NCBI GenBank assembly: GCA_965206285.1
Contig: OZ242205.1
Location: 6,620,259 to 6,684,258, forward strand
Length of the DNA stretch: 64,000 nucleotides
Reading direction: 5' to 3'
Source of the DNA: Vicinamibacterales bacterium
GTDB lineage: Bacteria; Acidobacteriota; Vicinamibacteria; Vicinamibacterales; UBA8438
Part shown: positions 58,225-64,000 of the stretch, in pieces
Layout of the letters: every line of letters starts with the position of its first letter
How positions within the stretch are numbered: the first letter of the stretch is position 1
The notes under the pieces: generated by a model
What the model was told of the DNA's origin: nothing
The model's input: the letters and a program-made list of their open reading frames with translations, nothing else
Database searches by the model: none
Program-made: the position numbers and the translations under genes

Positions 58225-59301
58225 TTGCGCGGGTTCCTGGCCGTCTGCATCGCGGCCGTCGTCCTGAGTCCCGCCGTTTCCGCGGCTGCGGCCCAGGACC
58301 ATCCCGGCGCCGAGCCCTACCAGCGCGTGTGCCAGTTGTGCCACGGGGCGGGGGGGCGCGGGGACATCGCTCCGGGGCTGGTTCCCCTGGGTTACGACGC
58401 CGAGTATGTGCTGGCCGTCGTGCGCGAGGGCTACAGCCAGATGCCCCCGATCTCGACGCGCGAGCTGACCGACGACGAGGTGCGGCAGGTCGTCGGCTAT
58501 CTCGATGCGCTGTCCGGCCCGCCGGCCGAAGCGCCGGCGAGCACCGCGGCGGCGACCGCTTCCGCGGCGTCCGCACTCGAAGCCGAGCAGCCTCCGGCCG
58601 GCGCGTCCGGCTACGACGGACCCCGGACCCCCGAGGGGCAGCCCGATCTGAACGGCTTCTGGCAGGTGCTGAGCTCGGCGGCCTGGGATATCCGCCCCCA
58701 CAACGCACAGGACGGCATTCCCGCCGGCCTCGGGGTGGTCGAGGGGGGCGGCATCCCCTACCAGCCGTGGGCGGCCGAGCAGCAGCAGGAGAACTACGCG
58801 AACCGGCTGACCGCGGACCCGGTGCGGCAGTGCTATCTGCCGGGGGTGCCGCGCGTCACCTACATGCCGTTTCCGTTCCGCATTCTGCAGACGCCGGACC
58901 ACATGGTCATCACCTACGAGTTCGCCCACGCGGTCCGCATCATCTACACCGACGGCAGCCCCCATCCGTTGCCGAACGACTTCTGGATGGGCGACTCGCG
59001 CGGGCACTGGGAGGGCGATACGCTGGTGGTCGACACCACCCACTTCAACGGGCGCACCTGGCTCGACGCGGCCGGCAACTTCCACAGCGAGGCCCTGCAC
59101 GTCGTCGAGCGCTACACCCCGATCACCCCGTATCACATCGACTACGAGGTCACTCTCGAGGACCCTGACGTGTTCACCCGTCCGTGGACGATGCGCATGA
59201 CGCTGTACCGCCGGATGGACCAGGGTCTGCAGATTCTCGACTACGACTGCGTCGACCATCTCCTGCAGGCGGCGGTCGAGCAGGAACAAGGAGACAGATG
59301 A
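58225..59301 (+). CDS. exported fusion: class I cytochrome c domain + divergent X-family domain (X4)
   Basis: Signal peptide (L)RGFLAVCIAAVVLSPAVSAAAAQ. CQLCHGAGG...YSQMPP, an Ala/Pro linker, then PRTPEGQPDLNGFW, RQCYLPG, MGDSRGHWEGDTLVVDTTHF, VVERYT, DYDCVDH. Start uncertain (TTG 58225 or GTG 58156). Confidence 0.75.
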   Translation: MRGFLAVCIAAVVLSPAVSAAAAQDHPGAEPYQRVCQLCHGAGGRGDIAPGLVPLGYDAEYVLAVVREGYSQMPPISTRELTDDEVRQVVGYLDALSGPPAEAPASTAAATASAASALEAEQPPAGASGYDGPRTPEGQPDLNGFWQVLSSAAWDIRPHNAQDGIPAGLGVVEGGGIPYQPWAAEQQQENYANRLTADPVRQCYLPGVPRVTYMPFPFRILQTPDHMVITYEFAHAVRIIYTDGSPHPLPNDFWMGDSRGHWEGDTLVVDTTHFNGRTWLDAAGNFHSEALHVVERYTPITPYHIDYEVTLEDPDVFTRPWTMRMTLYRRMDQGLQILDYDCVDHLLQAAVEQEQGDR

Positions 59302-60251
59302 TGAGCGCTCGACGAGCCATCGGCGCGGCGCTGCTTCTCGCGTTGGCGGCGGCGCCCGCCGCCGCGGGCCAGGACGGCGACTACGAGCCCCCGCGCACGC
59401 CGTGGGGCGACCCCGACTTCCGCGGCCACTATCTGCCCGGCCGGTCCCAGCCGATGGAGACCCCCGCGAACGCCTCGTGGCGCCCGCCGGAAGGCGCCAG
59501 CCTCGGGCAGGGAGCGGCGTTCTCCCGGTTCTTCGAGCCCGACCCGGACGCGCCGCCGCGCCCCGGGCGCGTCACCCGGCCGATGGTCGTCGACCCGCCT
59601 GACGGCCGCATTCCGCTCCAGCCGTGGGCGTCCGAGCGCCGGGGCGAGGTGATGGCGCGGCAGGACGAGCTCGAGCATCTCGACCCCCGGGTCAAGTGCC
59701 TCCCCGCGGCCCTGCCCCGCGCGCACCTGCCGGTGGGCTACAACACCTACCAGATCCTGCAGGTCCCCGGGCACGTCGTCATCCTCTACGAGTGGAACCA
59801 CCACTCGCGCTACATCCCCCTCGACGGCAGCCCCCACCCCGACCCCGAGATCCGCCTCGGCATGGGCGACTCGCGCGGCCGCTGGGAGGGGAACACCCTG
59901 GTCGTCGACGTGACCAACTTCACCGCGAACACGTGGCCGGTGGGGCACGGCGCGCCCCCCGAGGGAGCCCCGGCGAGCGCCCTCGCCACCGGGCACGGGG
60001 TGTTCCACAGCGGCGACCTGCACGTGGTCGAGCGCTTCACCCTGGTCGACGACGACACCATCCGCTACCGCGTGACCATCGAGGACCCCGAGGTCTTCAC
60101 GCAGCCGTGGACCATCGAGTTCGACGCGCTGCGGCGGGCCCCGGACGACCACATGCTGTTCGAGTACGCCTGTCACGAGGGCAACGGGCGCAACCTGTCG
60201 CTCATGACCGGCGCCGACCTCGAGGACATTCGGGTGAACCCCATAAGGTAG
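59298..60251 (+). CDS. exported protein of the X family (paralog X5)
   Basis: ATGA start/stop overlap with the previous gene, and signal peptide. PRTPWGDPDFRGHY, VKCLPA, GDSRGRWEGNTLVVDVTNF, VVERFT, FEYACHEGNG. Confidence 0.85.
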   Translation: MMSARRAIGAALLLALAAAPAAAGQDGDYEPPRTPWGDPDFRGHYLPGRSQPMETPANASWRPPEGASLGQGAAFSRFFEPDPDAPPRPGRVTRPMVVDPPDGRIPLQPWASERRGEVMARQDELEHLDPRVKCLPAALPRAHLPVGYNTYQILQVPGHVVILYEWNHHSRYIPLDGSPHPDPEIRLGMGDSRGRWEGNTLVVDVTNFTANTWPVGHGAPPEGAPASALATGHGVFHSGDLHVVERFTLVDDDTIRYRVTIEDPEVFTQPWTIEFDALRRAPDDHMLFEYACHEGNGRNLSLMTGADLEDIRVNPIR

Positions 60252-60255
60252 ACCG

Positions 60256-60678
60256 ATGCGAAAGACTGCAACCTCGTTTCTGGCCCTGGCCGGCGCCGTC
60301 ATGCTGTTGGCGCCGGCCGGATCGGTATCCGCGCACCATGCCTTCTCGGCCGAGTTCGACGCCAACCGGCCGTTGCAGCTCACGGGCACGGTGGCGCGCA
60401 CGGAGTGGATCAATCCCCACTCGTGGATTCACGTCGACGTCACCGCCGACGACGGTGCGGTGACGACCTGGGCGATCGAGTGCGGCGCGCCGAACTCGCT
60501 GATGCGGCGCGGGCTCAACAAGAACTCGATCCCGGCCGGCACCGAGTTGGTCATCGACGGCTTCGGGGCCAAGGACGGTTCGAACACCGCGAACGCGCGC
60601 GACATCACCTTCCCCGACGGGTCGCGCTTCTTCGTCGGGTCGTCCGGCACCGGCGCGCCGTACGAACGCAACCGCTGA
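60256..60678 (+). CDS. DUF6152-like small exported protein (predicted mature N-terminus HH...)
   Basis: Signal peptide ...PAGSVSA|HHAFSAEFD. TGTVARTEWINPHSWIHVDV and GAKDGSNTANARDITFPDGS match my memory of the DUF6152 family. Starts 4 nt after X5. Confidence 0.75.
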   Translation: MRKTATSFLALAGAVMLLAPAGSVSAHHAFSAEFDANRPLQLTGTVARTEWINPHSWIHVDVTADDGAVTTWAIECGAPNSLMRRGLNKNSIPAGTELVIDGFGAKDGSNTANARDITFPDGSRFFVGSSGTGAPYERNR

Positions 60679-60725
60679 GCCGGCCGGCCTGCCGCAGCCG
60701 CGTGCGGCGGCCGCGAGTAGTCGTG

Positions 60726-61484
60726 ATGCAGAATCGGTACGTCGGTGACGTGGGAGACTTCATAAAGTAAGGGCTCCTGCGGGCGATCCGAGGATTGACT
60801 GGCAAGGGCACGCTCGACAGAGCGCTCAGTGCTCCCGGTTTCGACGCGAAGCCCCTGGGAGTCGCATGGTACTTGCACCCCGACGCAGGGCCGGCTGGTG
60901 ACGGTCGCCACACCGCATACCTCAAGGAACGGGAGGAGTGGCGACATCTTGACCCTGAGTTGTTCGATACCCTGAAGAAGCTGATCGGTGCCGGCACTCG
61001 CAGGGCGGTCAAGACCATCCAGGAGTCGGGCATTCTCGGGGATGCTGTTTTCGCTGGTGATCCTATCGACATCGCAAGGGTCAGAGTTCGGGAACGTGAG
61101 CAATGGCGACACCAGTGGTTTCGCCGTATCCAAGACCAGCTCGTCGACTGCGACATCGTCTTTGCCGACCCGGACAACGGGCTCGCCCTGGACGATCGCT
61201 TCCGGGCGGCAAGACAGGTAGCGGCGAAGCGAATACCGCTCGCCGAGGCGGCAGCGCTCGCCGAAGGACGAACCGCCGTGATCTACCACCACAACAGCAG
61301 GCGCCGCGGTGGCCATCTCGGCGAGATTCGGTGGCTGAAGGACCACCTGCCGGGCGGCACGATTGCCTACTACTGGCGCCGTGTGAGCAATCGGACGTTC
61401 TTCGTCATCAATCCAACCGACCAAGTCCGCCGGCGAGTCCTTGAGTTCGTGAACCGATGGGGAGACCGGGGCCAGTTGGTGTGA
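60726..61484 (+). pseudogene. hypothetical protein gene with in-frame TAA at codon 15
   Basis: ATG 60726: MQNRYVGDVGDFIK-TAA(60768-60770)-GLLRAIRGLTGKG... continues in the same frame into the 229-aa ORF 60795-61484 (DIVFADPDNGL, VIYHHNSRRRGGH, FFVINPT). Confidence 0.55.
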
Positions 61485-61559
61485 TTTGATTCCCTTCAGT
61501 CCGAGAAGGTTCACGTGTCTCCGCGGCGTGAGGTGCGGACCTCTTGCGATCAACTCAGG

Positions 61560-61954
61560 CTATGACGGGTCGGTCGGGGCGTATCGGACGTCCCAGATTC
61601 GAAGCAGCTCGCGGCATCCATCGTCGAAACTGCGGGTGAAATCGACTATCTGCATCTGCGGAAGGGTCCAGGACAATTGGTCGTAGGCGCACGCTCGATG
61701 CAGCACGGGAGCGATGCGTCCTTCGAACCGGTCCTGCTGGAGGGCGTACAGCCCAAGGCGTCGGGAGAGAGAACGACGACGAACCAGTCGCAACGCTGGA
61801 GCGCTCTGCCGATCTCGTCGTGCCACTGCTGGGCGCCGCGGATGTCGGTGTCGCTGTACCAGACCGGAACGCGATGGCGGCGCAGAACACCCACCAGCCA
61901 ATCGACGAACGCCTGATCCTTGTGCGAATGTGAGACGAAGACTTCGGTCGGCAC
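61560..61954 (-). pseudogene. TIR-domain protein gene, frameshifted/internally deleted
   Basis: MPTEVFVSHSHKDQAFVDWLVGVLRRHRVPVWYSDTDIRGAQQWHDEIGRALQRCDWFVVVLSPDAL is a TIR N-terminal half. The C-terminal half (LYALQQDRFEGRIAPVLHRACAYDQLSWTLPQMQIVDF...) is in another frame from about 61770. Confidence 0.7.
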
Positions 61955-62195
61955 GCGTGCAGATTACCTGCGCAGGCTCAGGTCCGGCCGAGGAGCGCAT
62001 CGGCGATGGGCTTGACTTCGGGATCGCCGGTTTCCGGGTTCGGCAGATCCACCCAGGGCAGCTTTCGGACTATCCAGGGAATCTCGCCCGTCGGAAGCTG
62101 CTCGCGGCCACCGACGGCGACGGGAATCAGTCGGTTGCTGTAGCTCTTCGAACCCAGCGCTGGCAGTCCGGCTGGCAGTCTGAAGCGGATCAGCG

Positions 62196-62600
62196 TTGCG
62201 GCGCCGGGAGACGGCGGCCCTGCTGACGGAGCTCGGCGCCAACACGAAGCTCGGCATCCCCGGGACCGTGCAGGAACGCCTGCGAGACGAGCCGCTCACC
62301 GTCGCCACCGACCAGCTCGCGCGCGATCACCGGGAGACCGAGGACACTCTGCCGGTCTGGGGCCGGCGCGCCAGCGACGCGCGCCGCACCACCAACACAT
62401 GGAAGGACCGCATCCGCGCCCAGGGGGTGTTCAACGACGACACGCGCAACGCCAGCCCCTACCGCCGCGTGAAGCTGGTCATGGACTGGACTACTGGTGC
62501 GCCCTTTGGTTCTGGCCGATCCGCGAAGCCGACCGGTTGCCCGACAGGGACGAGTTCCTCAACGAGATCTCGCTGGTGCTGACCGGCTCCAGGTCAGCGG
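62196..62600 (+). pseudogene. fragment resembling the central region of a large defence-type DNA methyltransferase
   Basis: ...SPYRRVKLVMD / (frame shift) / YWCALWFWPIREADRLPDRDEFLNEISLVLTG. The (A/M)D.WCA..FWP...LP.R.EF block is one I associate with type IIG/BREX-like methylases (memory only). There is no methylase catalytic domain nearby. Confidence 0.3.
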
Positions 62601-63073
62601 CGCGCCATTCGGCGGCGCCGCGTCGCTCGATGCCGTGGGATGAGGCTCCCCTGCGAGTAGACGATTCGGGTGTAACGCGCCGATTCTCCCACGAGGGATG
62701 GCCGTCGGCCTGAGCCATGTGTCCGGGTCGGCGGCCGACGGTGATGGAGACCGGCATGAACCCGCGTAGAGGGCGCAGCAGCGTCTGGATCCTGGCGATG
62801 CAGTCGTCCCGGGCCTGTGGGGATCGAGCCGCCAGCTCGCAGCTGATGATGAAGCGCACTGGGCCTCCGTTGTGACGGCCCGATTCTACACGGGCGTGCC
62901 GGCCTGGGGTGCACTTCTCGCGAAGTACGGCTGGGCGAGCCTGGCGGAGTCAAACCCTCCCTCACCGGGGCCGCTTTTGTGGTACGTTTGTGCGAGACTC
63001 GAAGACCCGTGGCCGCCCCAGTCCTCCCCTCGCGGTAGAGACGTCGGCGGTCGGAGACCTGGAGACCCGCGTT

Positions 63074-63574
63074 ATGGCCGCAGTCCTCACGCCCGATGTC
63101 CGAGAAGCCATCTGGGCAGCCTTGCTGCACAGCGCGAGGTGGGAGCGCTACTACGGAATCCTCGCCAGCCGCAGCGTGTGGATCGAGCGCGCCGTGCGGT
63201 TCATCCTGATCGCCTCTGCGATGGGCGGCGTCGTGGCCCTCATCGATCGGCTTCCGCCAGGGACCACTGTGGTCTTCGGCGCCGGCATCGGTCTCGCAGT
63301 GGCCCTCGACGTCACTCTCAGGCCCGGCCGTGACGCGATCGTCTACGCGATCATTCGAGACGAATGCCATCGGTGCAAGATCGAGCTCGACATGCTGTGG
63401 CGCCAGGCCCAGCACCAGCAGCTGGAGAGGAGCGAGGCTGAGCGGCGGCTGAGCGAGCTGAGGAGCGCCCTACACAACGTCACGGTCCGGGACGCCGGAC
63501 CGCTCTACGACAAGATCAACAGAGCAGCTACTGCTGCCGTGTTCGTCGAGGCGAAGACCGGACGTGTCTCGTAG
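63074..63574 (+). CDS. 2-TM hypothetical protein (SLATT-like architecture)
   Basis: RBS GGAGAC. 166 aa: helix (ARWERYYGILASRSVWIERAVRF), TM1 ILIASAMGGVVALI, short loop, TM2 VVFGAGIGLAVALDVTL, then a coiled C-terminal region. Confidence 0.45.
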   Translation: MAAVLTPDVREAIWAALLHSARWERYYGILASRSVWIERAVRFILIASAMGGVVALIDRLPPGTTVVFGAGIGLAVALDVTLRPGRDAIVYAIIRDECHRCKIELDMLWRQAQHQQLERSEAERRLSELRSALHNVTVRDAGPLYDKINRAATAAVFVEAKTGRVS

Positions 63575-64000
63575 GCTCAGCGCGGGAGGCCCACCCGTCC
63601 CGCCCGACATGCCGATGCCAGCTCCGCCACCTCCACCGGAGCCGCCAGCTCCGCCAGCTCCGCCTGAGTCTTCCAGACCCGAGGGGGCGGCGGACTCCCC
63701 AAGGGACTGACCGCGGATGACGACTTCGGCGAGAGCGCGCGCCGCAGCCTCGGAAGCAGTCCATGAACGAGAAGCGGGCCGGGATCGCGCAAGCAGGGAA
63801 GGCGCTGTCCCGCGTCAGGCTGCCGGGGGCGTAGGCCACAATCCCGCTGGCACGCTCTCGTGCTACCGGACCTGCGCGCCGCCATGACTATCACCGACAT
63901 CTTCTTCCGCATCTGCGCCAGTTCGTGCGGGTCCGTCACGCGCTGGCCGGGGCCGGTGCGCTCGGCGCCTCGCTCGGCAAGCTGCTCGGCAACAGGCATG

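Noticed and set aside
63577-63999. 140-aa minus-strand ORF at the window end, and a Pro-rich plus-strand stretch (MPMPAPPPPPEPPAPPAPP) at about 63609.
   Set aside because: There is no motif, RBS or family resemblance. The composition is typical of off-frame GC-rich sequence, and the window ends before any context is available.
1-64000. CRISPR arrays, rRNA genes, retron/DGR reverse transcriptases, and prophage structural genes.
   Set aside because: I saw no regularly spaced direct repeats, no rRNA-like conserved strings, no RT (YxDD) ORF and no capsid, terminase or tail-like ORFs on either strand.

Overview
High-GC (about 70% by eye) bacterial chromosomal segment. The ORF track is full of long Arg/Pro/Gly-rich antisense ORFs; I called only ORFs with recognisable motifs, GC3 bias or an RBS. 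I found no rRNA, tRNA or CRISPR array.

Backbone (0.3-25.3 kb and 42.5-60.7 kb): dominated by Sec/TAT-exported enzymes.
- SMP-30-like and NHL beta-propellers, and two PQQ-dehydrogenase paralogs.
- An amidohydrolase, alpha/beta hydrolases, two secreted cyclase-family paralogs, an HD-domain protein and a VOC protein.
- c-type cytochromes and an ABC-2 transporter.

Most interesting signal: an unassigned family of about 330-aa exported proteins (signature GDSRGRWEGDTLVV...EYACHEGNYG). It has five paralogs at three loci. One locus is a four-gene operon (57.06-60.68 kb) that also holds a cytochrome c fusion of the domain and a DUF6152-like protein with a predicted His-His mature N-terminus.

Mobile-element graveyard (25.4-42.3 kb):
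- Two decayed P4-type integrases.
- A helicase IV (HelD)-like gene split by an IS21-family element and an IS1182-like element; its reading frame can be restored exactly across both target-site duplications.
- A lone HEPN (AbiU2-like) gene.
- Two near-identical IS5-like copies, one of which disrupts a conserved hypothetical gene.

Decayed accessory patch (60.7-63.6 kb): a gene with an in-frame TAA, a frameshifted TIR gene, a methylase-like fragment and a 2-TM protein.

Other items: vapBC, a PIN gene with an atypical partner, a hicBA-like pair, a CI/Cro-like switch, and a 101-nt hairpin-like repeat present twice.
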